A stretch of DNA of 64,000 bases from an uncultured bacterium (GCA_902762495.1 CACWOL010000005.1:28213-92212), one strand, 5' to 3'. Counted from the first letter of the stretch, positions 25,066 to 34,933 are shown. Notes: a model not told the origin generated them from the letters alone. Made by a program: numbers and translations.

Positions 25066-27183
25066 CTATTTCTTGAGGGCGTTGTCAAGGGCCTTGTTCA
25101 CGTCCTCGGGTTTCGGGCAGAAATGCACGTTGCTGGGGAAGCTGATGCGTTTGAGCTTGGCGAGGTCGTAGATCGGGGGCGTGATCCCCTTCGGCAGCGG
25201 CAGCTTGTTGACGCTCTGGTAGAAGAGGATGCAGGCGTCCTTCCACCAGACGGCTTCGCGCGCCTGGAGTTTCAGGCGGCCGAGCACGAGGTCGTAGCGT
25301 TCGGGATCGACGTACATCCTGACGGATTCCCAGATGCCGGGATAGGTCGCGGCGACCTTCGCGCCGTTTTCGAACTCTCCGCAGAGGTGTTCCCAGAAGG
25401 TGTCGCCGGTGGGCATCTTCTGTTTCCAGCCGAGTCGGTGGAACCAGAGCCAGTAGCGTTCGGGGCAGGTCTTCAGGTCGTTGTACTGGTCGCAGAGCGG
25501 GGCGTTGTACTGCATCACGGTGCCGGTGCCCTTCTTCGTGCGGTCGGCGCCGAGCTCGGTTTCCGTGGCGTCGAAGACCTTGCGGCCGGGGACGTTCTCG
25601 TTGGTGGAGAGGAGCGAGGCGTACTTGAGGAACGACTCGTTGCCGGTCTGGTAGAGCCACGGGCCGGGTCCGTAGTGGTTGCCGAGCGTGGAGGCGAAGA
25701 TGTGGGCGAGACCGAGCGGCATCATGTACTGGCGGATGGCGGGGACGCTGCTCATCATCATGTCGCAGACGGGGTCGACGAACTTGGGATTCGCCGTAAA
25801 GGTCTGCGCGAGCCACTCCTTCGCGATGTCCTCGGCCTTCAGATCCGGGTTCCACGCGAGGCGTCCGAACGCGTACCAGTTCGCCTGAGCGAACGGATGG
25901 CGGGTCCAGTTCACGTCGTCGCCGATGTTCGCCACGCCGGCGATCATGCCGGACTCGTGGATCTTCTTCGCGACGGTGCTGCCGGGTCCGTACTGGTAGG
26001 TGTCGCTGTCGAGGACTTCCTTCCACAGCGTGGCGAGGTAGGCGAGGTGGTTGGACTGGCCGAGGTATTCCTGCGTGATCTGGAACTCCATGGCGAGCGG
26101 GATCTTCGTGATCTTGCCGAAGAGCGGGTGGAAGGGTTCGCAGGGCTGGAAGTCGAGTGGGCCGTTCTTCGCCTGCACGATCACGTTGTCGCGGAACTTG
26201 CCTTCGAGCGGCTGGAATTCAAGCAGGGCCTGCTGGACGCGTTCCTGCGGCTTCTGGCCGTACACGAAGGCGCGCCAGATGACCACGCCCCCGTAGGGAT
26301 TGAGGGCGTCGGCGAGCACGTTCGCGCCGTCGGCGTGGGTGCGTCCGTAGTCGCACGGGCCGGGCTGGCCTTCGCTGTTCGCCTTGACGAGGAATCCGCC
26401 GAAATCGGGAATCAGGTCGTAGATCTCCTTCGCCTTGGCTTTCCACCAGGCGGCGACTTCGGGCTTCAGCGGGTCGGCGTCCTTCAGCTTGCCGATGACC
26501 ATGGGCGAGGCGAAGTTCGCGGAGAGGAAGACGCGGATGCCGTACGGACGCAGCACGTCGGCGATGGCTTTCACCTTCGCCAGATTCTCCGGCTCAAGCA
26601 TCTTCGGCGACGCGTTCACGTTGTTCAGCACGGTCGCATTGATGCCGATCGAGGCGTTGGCGCGGGCGTATTCGGCGTAGCGCGGCGAAATGGTCCCGGG
26701 GAGCTCGTCCCATTTCCAGATGGAGTTTCCGGCATAGCCTCGCTCAATGGTGCCGTCGAGGTTGTCCCAGTGGTTCAGCATGCGGTATTTGTAGTACGGG
26801 ACCTCCTTCGCGTGGAAATTATCCGTGACCACGGTCCCGCAGGCCTGTTCCCGCAGCAGATGGTACGCGCCGTACAGAAGGCCGCGGTCGGTCTGCGCGA
26901 TGATCTTGACCGTGTCGTCCATGATGCGGATTTCGAATCCCTCGTCGCCGAGGTCGGAGCGGTGCTTGTCGGTCATGACCGCCCACTTGCGCTGTTTGAA
27001 GCGGGTGAGTTCGGAGAGCGCGATGTGCATGGTGTCGCTGACGGGCTTGTCGGCCTCTAGGGTGACTTTGGAAGGGATGGGCGTCTGAAGCCAGAGCTTG
27101 CTGCCGTCGTCCGCGGCGGCGGTCAGAGCGGTCGTGACTCCGAGGAGCAGTCCGAGGGCGGCGTTTCGTGCGGTATTTGCCAT
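25066..27183 (-). CDS. alpha-glucuronidase, glycoside hydrolase family 67, secreted
   Basis: 705 aa with a signal peptide. GH67-like blocks MLNHWDNLDGTIERGYAGNSIW and KANSEGQPGPCDYGRTHADGANVLADAL. Confidence 0.85.
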   Translation of the reverse strand: MANTARNAALGLLLGVTTALTAAADDGSKLWLQTPIPSKVTLEADKPVSDTMHIALSELTRFKQRKWAVMTDKHRSDLGDEGFEIRIMDDTVKIIAQTDRGLLYGAYHLLREQACGTVVTDNFHAKEVPYYKYRMLNHWDNLDGTIERGYAGNSIWKWDELPGTISPRYAEYARANASIGINATVLNNVNASPKMLEPENLAKVKAIADVLRPYGIRVFLSANFASPMVIGKLKDADPLKPEVAAWWKAKAKEIYDLIPDFGGFLVKANSEGQPGPCDYGRTHADGANVLADALNPYGGVVIWRAFVYGQKPQERVQQALLEFQPLEGKFRDNVIVQAKNGPLDFQPCEPFHPLFGKITKIPLAMEFQITQEYLGQSNHLAYLATLWKEVLDSDTYQYGPGSTVAKKIHESGMIAGVANIGDDVNWTRHPFAQANWYAFGRLAWNPDLKAEDIAKEWLAQTFTANPKFVDPVCDMMMSSVPAIRQYMMPLGLAHIFASTLGNHYGPGPWLYQTGNESFLKYASLLSTNENVPGRKVFDATETELGADRTKKGTGTVMQYNAPLCDQYNDLKTCPERYWLWFHRLGWKQKMPTGDTFWEHLCGEFENGAKVAATYPGIWESVRMYVDPERYDLVLGRLKLQAREAVWWKDACILFYQSVNKLPLPKGITPPIYDLAKLKRISFPSNVHFCPKPEDVNKALDNALKK

Positions 27184-27204
27184 GAGAGGGGATTCCTTTC
27201 TGAG

Positions 27205-27233
27205 GTTATATTTGTTTGTTGATTCAGCGTCAA
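27205..27233 (-). promoter_or_regulatory. sigma70-type promoter for the GH67 gene
   Basis: Minus strand TTGACG (27233-27228), 17 nt, TATAAC (27210-27205). Confidence 0.45.
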
Positions 27234-27361
27234 AAAGTAATATAACAGCGGAACGCGGGAAGTCAAGCGCAAAGCGCAGGGAAATCCGGGTGATTTTCCA
27301 TTGATTTCCGCCTGATAACAGCGTCTTGTAAGGCGGACAGTGTTTCTTTCTTGGTTTCCGG

Positions 27362-27390
27362 TTGACTTTCCGGTGTGGATGGTGTATTTT
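27362..27390 (+). promoter_or_regulatory. sigma70-type promoter for the ACT/UPF0210 operon
   Basis: TTGACT (27362-27367), 17 nt, TATTTT (27385-27390). Confidence 0.5.
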
Positions 27391-27464
27391 AAATGGATAT
27401 TTTTTTATCCATCACCCCCAAAATGGGCGCAGTATGTGGTTTCGCGCCCGGAAAGGCCCGTCCC

Positions 27465-27734
27465 ATGAAAGCTGTCATCTCCGTCATCGGCAAGGACACA
27501 GTCGGCATCATCGCGAAAGTGAGCGCGGAGTGCGCGCGCTGCGGCGTGAACATCCTAGACATCTCCCAGACCGTCCTGCAGGACTACTTTACCATGATCA
27601 TGATCACGGATATCGACGGCATCACCGTGCCGTTCCCGGACTTCGTGGACGCCATGACCCGCATCGGCAGCGCGAACAACCTGAAGATCCTCACCATGCA
27701 CGAGGACATCTTCAACACCATGCACAAGATCTGA
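27465..27734 (+). CDS. ACT-domain protein (UPF0237 type)
   Basis: 89 aa from ATG 27465. [38 protein letters not shown] is a single ACT fold. It sits directly upstream of its usual UPF0210 partner. Confidence 0.75.
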   Translation: MKAVISVIGKDTVGIIAKVSAECARCGVNILDISQTVLQDYFTMIMITDIDGITVPFPDFVDAMTRIGSANNLKILTMHEDIFNTMHKI

Positions 27735-27747
27735 ACGGAGCCGTCCC

Positions 27748-29106
27748 ATGCTCGATAAATTCGACATCCTCGAAACGCTGAACATGATCCGCGAGGAATG
27801 CCTCGACGTCCGCACGATCACGCTCGGCATCTCGCTGTACGACTGCCAGAGCGACGATCCGCGCCGCCTGGCGGACAACATCTACGACAAAGTCATGTCG
27901 CGCGCCCACAACCTCGTGAAGGTCGGCTGCGACATCGAAAAGATGTACGGGATCCCGATCATCAACAAGCGCGTGTCCGTGACGCCCGCCGCGCTCCTCT
28001 GCGGCCGCCTGGACCGCGACGGCGCGGTTGGAATCGCGAAGGCGCTCGACCGGGCGGCGCACGAGCTCGGCATCAACTTCATCGGCGGCTACAGCGCGCT
28101 GGTGCAGAAAGGCGCGTCCGACGGCAGCCGCGTACTTATCGAATCCATCCCGGAGGCGCTCGCCAGCACGGAATTGGTCTGTTCGTCCGTGAACGTCGCC
28201 TCCACCAAGGCGGGCATCAACATGGACGCCGTGGCGGAAATGGGGCGAGTGGTGCGCCGCACCGCCGAGCTCACCGCCGACCGCGGGTCCATCGGCTGCG
28301 CCAAGCTCGTCGTCTTCGCGAACGCCCCGGAGGACAATCCCTTCATGGCGGGCGCGTTCCACGGCCTCGGCGAACCCGAAACGGTCATCAACGTGGGCGT
28401 GTCCGGCCCCGGCGTGGTGGCGTCCGCCATCCGCCGCGCGGGCGACTGCTCGCTCGCCGAGATCGCGGAGATCATCAAGAAGACCGCGTTCAAGATCACC
28501 CGCGTGGGTCAGCTCGTCGCGCGCGAAGCCTCGAACCGCCTCGGCGTGCCGTTCGGCATCGTGGACCTCTCGCTCGCGCCCACGCCCGCCATCGGCGACT
28601 CGGTCGCGTACATCCTGGAGTCCATGGGGCTGGAACAGTGCGGGGCATGCGGCACGACCGCCGCGCTCGCGCTCCTGAACGACGCCGTGAAGAAGGGCGG
28701 CGTGATGGCTTCCTCGCAGGTCGGCGGCCTCTCCGGCGCATTCATCCCCGTGTCCGAGGACGCCGGCATGATCGCCGCCGCGCGGTCCGGCGCACTCCGC
28801 CTCGAAAAGCTCGAAGCCATGACCGCCGTGTGCTCCGTCGGGCTGGACATGATCGCGATCCCGGGCGACACGTCCGCCGAGGTCATTTCCGGCATCATCG
28901 CCGACGAGATCGCCATCGGCGTCGTGAACACGAAGACGACCGCCGTGCGCGTGATCCCGGCAATCGGCTGCAAGGTCGGCGATACGGTCAATTTCGGCGG
29001 CCTGCTCGGCGAAGCGCCCGTGATGCCAGTGAACACGCTTTCCCCGGCGAAGTTTATCGCGCGCGGCGGACGCATCCCCGCGCCCATCCACAGCCTCAAG
29101 AACTGA
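27748..29106 (+). CDS. UPF0210/DUF711 (PFL-like) family protein
   Basis: 452 aa. N-terminus [30 protein letters not shown]. Length and pattern are typical of the family. Confidence 0.75.
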   Translation: MLDKFDILETLNMIREECLDVRTITLGISLYDCQSDDPRRLADNIYDKVMSRAHNLVKVGCDIEKMYGIPIINKRVSVTPAALLCGRLDRDGAVGIAKALDRAAHELGINFIGGYSALVQKGASDGSRVLIESIPEALASTELVCSSVNVASTKAGINMDAVAEMGRVVRRTAELTADRGSIGCAKLVVFANAPEDNPFMAGAFHGLGEPETVINVGVSGPGVVASAIRRAGDCSLAEIAEIIKKTAFKITRVGQLVAREASNRLGVPFGIVDLSLAPTPAIGDSVAYILESMGLEQCGACGTTAALALLNDAVKKGGVMASSQVGGLSGAFIPVSEDAGMIAAARSGALRLEKLEAMTAVCSVGLDMIAIPGDTSAEVISGIIADEIAIGVVNTKTTAVRVIPAIGCKVGDTVNFGGLLGEAPVMPVNTLSPAKFIARGGRIPAPIHSLKN

Positions 29107-29139
29107 GCTGAAATTTCAGCGTTTGAGCCGAAAAGGAAG

Positions 29140-29181
29140 CACCCCGTCCCGCGAATCGTGCGGAAACGGGGTGTGTTTTTT
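29140..29181 (+). terminator. rho-independent terminator
   Basis: Stem CACCCCGT (29140-29147) / ACGGGGTG (29166-29173), then TGTTTTTT. Confidence 0.75.
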
Positions 29182-29207
29182 GTATCAAGTGAGGGGCGGA
29201 CGCGGCT

Positions 29208-32200
29208 TTACTTCGTGGCGAACTCGATCCGGTAGTAGTCCGAACCGTCCTGAAAATCGTTGAGCTCCAGTTGCGCGTGATGTTCATCGGCGGGCAGCAG
29301 CGTGACCGTACCGCGCGCCTGCTTCCGCATGATCCGGGTCAGGATCGCGGCGGCATCCAGCATCAGCGGCTTCGTCAGGTCCGGCCACGGTTTTCCGTCG
29401 ATCTTCACGCCGGCCGGGTATTCGCCTTCCCTGTGGGAATACGCGATCATGCTGCCCATGAACAGGAACACGCCGCGGCCGTCGAACGTTCCCTCCAGGA
29501 CCAGGACGCCCGGTTCAACGGGCATTGTCGTCTGCGAGGCGGTCTGTCCTGCGGCGGGCGTTGTCGTTGCACCGGGCAGAACGGCGGGTTTGCCTCTGTC
29601 GGCTTTCTTATTCGTGCGCTCCGGGTCGAAGATGTTCCGCGCCACGATGGCCGCGACTTTGTTTTCCGCGGTCACGCTGCCCGGATGCGGCGGGGAAGAG
29701 GTCGCTACTCTGACAAGACCTACGGAGAAAGAACGGACCTCATTGGAAAGAATCCTCTGCGTCAAACTGCCGATCTTCCAGTAGGGGAAAATCAGGTAGC
29801 GGTCGGGGGCGGGACTGGTGTTCGAAGCCTGAATCGTGAGGGTGCAGTTCATGTCGGTGAACCGGAGCTGTGTCACGAGCGCATCGTCGGGAATCGAGAG
29901 AGACAGATCGTAGAGTTTGGCGAGGAAGTCCGGATCGCCGGTGGAACTCCCAGGTTTCTGTTTTATCTCCGCCGGGGCGGTGGCGCCGACTGCCGGAACG
30001 GACTTGTTTTTGGCGGGCGTGTACTTGATGACGCGAATCTGCGCGGTCATGCGGACCTGCCTGGCCGTGGTCGCCGGGGCCGCACCGGCCTGCTGTCCGG
30101 CCAGGGCGCGGGCGGGCTCGATGCGGATTTCGAGGCGGCTCCAGGCCAGACGCGGCGTTACTTTTTCGATTTCGTCGATGAAGCGGACGATCCTGCTGTA
30201 TTCGTCGACGAGAGTAAAATCGATTTCGGCGGTGGAACGCTCGGCGTCGATCGAAATGGTCCTGACGGCGCCGAGCGACCGGAGATCGGCCTCCGCACGC
30301 TTCGCCGCATCGCCGACGAGTTCGCGGAGCCGGATTTCGGGCACTCCGTAGCGCTCGGTATTCCAGAGGGGCGCTCCCGTGAGCTTGCCGCTGTCGGTCT
30401 CGAACATCGTGAAGACGTCCTGATCGTTCCGGTCGCCGTCGATGTTCGTCGCAGCGGATTCGCCTGTCCGGGGCTTCGACGTCTGTGCCGCCGTCGCGGG
30501 CTTTGCTGCGACGGGAATCTCTTTCACGGTATTTCCGACGGGGTCCTTCGGCAGCTCCAGGGGCTCCTTCACCCCGTCCGGCTGGAACAGGATGATCCGG
30601 TAACGTGCGGCCGCCCCATCCTGATCGTAGATCGTGACCGTGACGCTGTCGCCCGTGCGGCTCAATCTTTTCTGTCCGCGACCCTCGCAGACGAAGCGCG
30701 TTTCGGCGGGGGCCGGGGTGAATCCCAGCTCGAACGGTTTGGAAAGGTCGGTCCACGGCTTCCCGTTGACGGTCAATTCGGCGGGTTCCTTGTAGGACTT
30801 GTGCTGGAGAAAGACCTTGTTGTCGCGGAAGACAAACGCGTCCTCACCATCGATAAAGCCCTCCAGGATCACGGAGATCTGCCCGTCGACTTTTGCCGCG
30901 GCGGATTCGCTCTGCTGTGTCGCGGTGCCCGGTTTCGCGGTGGCGGTCACCTGCCGCGGAATGGTCTGCTCGGCGGGCTTGGCGCCGGGCACGGTGGTCC
31001 GGGCGGGGCCTTCCACGGGCGGGCCGAAACCGCCGTTGGAACGCTGCTGGAACGGCGGCATGCCGAAGCCCGGGAACGGCATGCCTTCGAACGACGGCGT
31101 GACAGGTCCGTCCGCCTCCGTGGCTTCCACGCCGGGCTCATTGATGCGGCCCGCGAAGAGGATGAGCCCGGTCTGGTTGTCGCGGATCAGGACGAGGTAC
31201 GGACGGTCGGCGCGGAAGATGTTGAACGGGGGCGGCTGGGCCGCGCCGCCCATGCCGCCCATGATGATCGCGGTGGCGGCCGCCGCCTGCGTCTTTTCCT
31301 CGTCCATCTTCAGTGCGGTCTTGTGGATCACCTTTTCGATCCAGATGTATTTCAGCCGTTCGGAACGCTGCGCTATCCCGAAGAAATCCGCCTTCTTATC
31401 GTCAAACGGCGTCTCCATGCCGAGTTCCCCGAGGGCGTCCTTGAGGCTGTATTTGCAGGTCAGGTCGACGATCGGAAGCCAGAGGCGCGTTTCGTATGGC
31501 GAGCGGTTTTCGAGCCAGTCGTCGAGCTTTTCCCCGATCTTCGAAATGATGTTGTTCATCGCGGCTTCCCCGCGGTCCGCGCCGGGCTGGATCGGCATCA
31601 GTGCGACGAGATCGAACCGGGTGTCCTCGTACGGCAGGACCACAGCGTGGACGTTGTCCTCCTCGCTGGAGTAGTACGCGATGTCGTGGCCGCGTCGGTA
31701 CATCATTTTGACGCGTTTTTCCTTGCCGTCGAAATTGCGGAAGATCATGGGCTTGGTATCGTCTTTCTTGAACGGCGTCTTCCATTTCGCCTCGAAAAAC
31801 AGCGTGTTCAGCAGGATCATGAAGGATTTGTCCGAAATATCGGAGGGCGACAGCAGGTCCCTGATCATGTTCTTCGTGTGATCCTCGACATAGGCGTTGA
31901 CCTTCGAGACGAGCGGCCCCGGCTGCGAGAAGTCCTCTTTGAAAAACGTTCCGCCGTAGTATTGTCCGATCATCTTGATGAACGACGGAAGGATCAGATC
32001 ATCATATTTCTGTTCGTACCAGACGGAGTTCGACACCAGGACCTCGATCAGCTTGTTCGCCTCGTACTCCTGCGAAACCTCGTGGAAGAATTTGCCGCAT
32101 TCCGCCGGATCGGCGGGCAGCCCCAGCGTGTCGCGGATCTCCTGCGCGGTCTTTCCGCTCGCGCCGCAGTAGACCAGCCCGAACGCGCTGTCGATGCTGT

Positions 32201-32435
32201 ACGGGGAGATGAACGCGTTTTCCTTCGTGTCCTTCCCGCTGACCAGCTTAAAGAGGTCGAACCCCTTGCGGTTCATCTCCGCGGCGATGGCCTTCCGGTC
32301 CGCCGCTTCGTCATCTGCGTGCGTTGTCAGGGGCAGGGCGGACAACAGGGCCGTCGCGGCGCATGCGGCGGCGGCAAGTCCTCTTGCTTTGTGGGAAATG
32401 AACGCGGGACCGTCAAAAAACGATGTCTTTTTCAT
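29208..32435 (-). CDS. secreted serpin fused to a ~640-aa C-terminal extension of unknown function
   Basis: 1075 aa with signal peptide ..LTTHA/DDE. Serpin core spans about residues 50-432 (31140-32290): SPYSIDSAFGLVYCGASGKTAQEI, hinge EEKTQAAAATAIIM, C-terminal PPPFNIFRADRPYLVLIRDNQTGLILFAGRINEP. Residues 433-1075 are non-serpin. Confidence 0.8.
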   Translation of the reverse strand: MKKTSFFDGPAFISHKARGLAAAACAATALLSALPLTTHADDEAADRKAIAAEMNRKGFDLFKLVSGKDTKENAFISPYSIDSAFGLVYCGASGKTAQEIRDTLGLPADPAECGKFFHEVSQEYEANKLIEVLVSNSVWYEQKYDDLILPSFIKMIGQYYGGTFFKEDFSQPGPLVSKVNAYVEDHTKNMIRDLLSPSDISDKSFMILLNTLFFEAKWKTPFKKDDTKPMIFRNFDGKEKRVKMMYRRGHDIAYYSSEEDNVHAVVLPYEDTRFDLVALMPIQPGADRGEAAMNNIISKIGEKLDDWLENRSPYETRLWLPIVDLTCKYSLKDALGELGMETPFDDKKADFFGIAQRSERLKYIWIEKVIHKTALKMDEEKTQAAAATAIIMGGMGGAAQPPPFNIFRADRPYLVLIRDNQTGLILFAGRINEPGVEATEADGPVTPSFEGMPFPGFGMPPFQQRSNGGFGPPVEGPARTTVPGAKPAEQTIPRQVTATAKPGTATQQSESAAAKVDGQISVILEGFIDGEDAFVFRDNKVFLQHKSYKEPAELTVNGKPWTDLSKPFELGFTPAPAETRFVCEGRGQKRLSRTGDSVTVTIYDQDGAAARYRIILFQPDGVKEPLELPKDPVGNTVKEIPVAAKPATAAQTSKPRTGESAATNIDGDRNDQDVFTMFETDSGKLTGAPLWNTERYGVPEIRLRELVGDAAKRAEADLRSLGAVRTISIDAERSTAEIDFTLVDEYSRIVRFIDEIEKVTPRLAWSRLEIRIEPARALAGQQAGAAPATTARQVRMTAQIRVIKYTPAKNKSVPAVGATAPAEIKQKPGSSTGDPDFLAKLYDLSLSIPDDALVTQLRFTDMNCTLTIQASNTSPAPDRYLIFPYWKIGSLTQRILSNEVRSFSVGLVRVATSSPPHPGSVTAENKVAAIVARNIFDPERTNKKADRGKPAVLPGATTTPAAGQTASQTTMPVEPGVLVLEGTFDGRGVFLFMGSMIAYSHREGEYPAGVKIDGKPWPDLTKPLMLDAAAILTRIMRKQARGTVTLLPADEHHAQLELNDFQDGSDYYRIEFATK

Positions 32436-32572
32436 GGCTGGCTCCTTGTTGGGACAGGTGAAAACGTTTCAAGAAGTTATTTCTATGCTATTAGACGTTT
32501 CAAATAACGGAAATCTTAGCGTTGTTTTCAAAAAAACATCAAAAAAAGTCGAAAAAAAGTTTTCGGAGCACG

Positions 32573-32605
32573 AAAAAAGCCCCGCATCGTTTCCGATGCG
32601 AGGGC
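32573..32605 (-). terminator. rho-independent terminator of aroA
   Basis: Minus strand GCCCTCGCATCG-GAAA-CGATGCGGGGC followed by T6. It is preceded by two further hairpins (32618-32640, 32647-32660). Confidence 0.8.
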
Positions 32606-32661
32606 TGATAATACCCCGTGCGCGAGCGTAGCCGCGCACTTCTTCAGCACCGCTTGCGGTG

Positions 32662-33948
32662 TTAGACGACGTAGAAGTCCGCGCCGAGCCTGGCGAAATC
32701 GTCAACGAAGGTCGGGTAGGTGACGGCGATGGATTCCGCGGAGTCGATCACGGTCGGTTCTTTCTCGTCCGCGCCGCAGGTCATGCCTGCGATGGCGAGC
32801 GACATCGCCACGCGGTGGTCGCGGAAACTGTCGACATGGGCGGGCTTCAGCTTGCCGCCGGTGACCGCCATGCCGTCCTCGAATTCCTCCACCCGGATGC
32901 CCATCTTTCTGAGCTCGTGCGACATGACCGCGATGCGGTCGGTCTCCTTCAGACGCGCCTGCGCGACGTTCTTCAGCACGGTGATGCCGTCTGCGCACGC
33001 GGCCACGACGGAGAGGACCGGCAGGAGGTCGGGCGTGGAGTTCAGGTCGAGTTCGGCGGAGTGGAGTTTCACCGGGCCGGGCTTCACGCGGGCGAATCCG
33101 GGGCCGGTCTCGATCTTCGCGCCCATGCGCCGGGCGAGCTCGACGAACGCCTTGTCGCCCTGCGGATCGTTGAAATCGAGGTTGCGGACCAGGATGCCGC
33201 CGCCGGTCACGACGGCCGCCGCGAGCGGGAAGGCCGCTGTGGAGAAGTCGGCGGGGATGGTCTCGTTGAACGGTTTGAACTGCTGGCTGCCGATCACGTG
33301 GAAGCGGGTGTAGTTTTTGTTGTACTTCAGGTTGATGTTCTGGCGCTTCAGCCAGGCGAGCGTCATCTCGACGTAGGGGACCTCGTTCAGGAACGGGACG
33401 TTCAGGATGGTGTCGCCCTGGGCGAGCGGTGCGGCGAGCAGGAGCGCGGAAAGATACTGCGAGGAGGTGCCGTCGACGGACGTTTCGCCGCCGCGGATGG
33501 GGCCCGTGACCGTGAGGGGGCAGTGTCCGCCGTTGGATTCGGTCTTCGCGCCGAGGTCGTTCAGCGCGGCCAGCAGGGGCTCCATCGGGCGTTTCTGCAG
33601 CGACTCGTCGCCGCCGAACGAGATCGGCGAACCGGAGAGGGCAGCCAAAGCGCTGAAAATGCGCAATCCGGTGCCGGAGTTGCCCATGTCGAGCGGGCGC
33701 GCCGGTTCGATCATGCGACCGCCGGTCCCGATGACCTGCCACAGGGAATCGTCGCCGCGGCGGATCCACGCGCCGAGGGCGCAGGCGGCGGAGAGACAGG
33801 AGAGCGTGTCGTCGGAGACGAGCGGGGCCTTGATGATGGAGGAGCCTTTCGCGAGGGAGGCGATGGCGAGGGCGCGGATGGTATGGGATTTGGATCCCGG
33901 GACGGCGGTTTCGCCGTTGATCTGCGAGTGTTTGACGGATAAGAGCAT
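32662..33948 (-). CDS. aroA: 3-phosphoshikimate 1-carboxyvinyltransferase (EPSP synthase)
   Basis: 428 aa from ATG 33948. Motifs PGSKSHTIRAL, MGNSGTGLR, FRDHRVAMS. Confidence 0.9.
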   Translation of the reverse strand: MLLSVKHSQINGETAVPGSKSHTIRALAIASLAKGSSIIKAPLVSDDTLSCLSAACALGAWIRRGDDSLWQVIGTGGRMIEPARPLDMGNSGTGLRIFSALAALSGSPISFGGDESLQKRPMEPLLAALNDLGAKTESNGGHCPLTVTGPIRGGETSVDGTSSQYLSALLLAAPLAQGDTILNVPFLNEVPYVEMTLAWLKRQNINLKYNKNYTRFHVIGSQQFKPFNETIPADFSTAAFPLAAAVVTGGGILVRNLDFNDPQGDKAFVELARRMGAKIETGPGFARVKPGPVKLHSAELDLNSTPDLLPVLSVVAACADGITVLKNVAQARLKETDRIAVMSHELRKMGIRVEEFEDGMAVTGGKLKPAHVDSFRDHRVAMSLAIAGMTCGADEKEPTVIDSAESIAVTYPTFVDDFARLGADFYVV

Positions 33949-33979
33949 GTTGAACTCCGTGTGATTCCGGCTTGAGGTG

Positions 33980-34927
33980 TTACGGTTCGGATTCCGCCGC
34001 GGCTCCGGCATCCGGCGGGAAGATCGCGTTCGCGTAGGTCTCCGGGTCGAAGACCTGCAGGTCGTCCGGCTGTTCGCCGAGGCCGACGAAGAGGATGGGC
34101 AGGCCGAATTCGCGCTGCGCGGCGCAGGCGGCTCCGCCTTTTCCGGTGCCGTCCATTTTGGTCAGGACCATGGCGGACGCGCCGGAGACGGATGCGAACT
34201 CGCGTGCCTGAGCGATGGAATTGCTGCCGTGGCTGGCGTCGATGGTGAGGATGGTCTCGTGCGGCGCGCCGGGCAGGACCTTGTTGATGATGCGCGTGAC
34301 TTTCGCCAGCTCGTCCATCAGGTTCTTGCGGTTCTGCTGGCGTCCGGCGGTGTCGATGAGCAGGTAGTCCACGCCCTTCGCGACTGCGGACTTCACGGCG
34401 TCGAACGCCACGGATGCGGGGTCCGCGCCCTGTTTCGCCGCGACGATCTGGCTGCCGGTGCGTTCGGCCCACAGCGCGAGCTGTTCGACGGCTGCCGCGC
34501 GGAAGGTGTCGCACGCGCCGAGCATGACGCGGTTGCCGTCCTGCGTGAGTGCGGCGGCGAGCTTGCCGATGGTGGTGGTCTTGCCGCTGCCGTTCACGCC
34601 GACGAAGAGGAGCACGGTCACGCCGTCCGGGTTCTTGCGCATGGGGCGCGCGCCCTCGGAAAGGATCTTTTGGAGTTCGGCGGCGGCCACGCGGGAGATG
34701 TCGTCGGACGATTTCAGTTCGCCGAGCTTGTAGCGTTCGCGAATGTTCTGCACGATGGTGCGCGAGGCGGACATGCCGAGGTCGGTGCCGATCAGGGTCT
34801 TTTCCAGTTCGGCGAAATCCTCCTCGGTCCACTCTTTGTTTCCGGTGAAGAGCCCGGATATCTTGCGGTTGACGGCGACGGCGGTCTTCTGGAGGCCGTT
34901 TTTGAATTTGGAGAAGAGGGAGAACAT
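33980..34927 (-). CDS. ftsY: signal recognition particle receptor
   Basis: 315 aa. NG domain with GVNGSGKTTTIGKLA, DTAGR, TKMDGTGKGG, GLPILFVGLGE. Confidence 0.9.
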   Translation of the reverse strand: MFSLFSKFKNGLQKTAVAVNRKISGLFTGNKEWTEEDFAELEKTLIGTDLGMSASRTIVQNIRERYKLGELKSSDDISRVAAAELQKILSEGARPMRKNPDGVTVLLFVGVNGSGKTTTIGKLAAALTQDGNRVMLGACDTFRAAAVEQLALWAERTGSQIVAAKQGADPASVAFDAVKSAVAKGVDYLLIDTAGRQQNRKNLMDELAKVTRIINKVLPGAPHETILTIDASHGSNSIAQAREFASVSGASAMVLTKMDGTGKGGAACAAQREFGLPILFVGLGEQPDDLQVFDPETYANAIFPPDAGAAAESEP

Positions 34928-34933
34928 GTTCCG

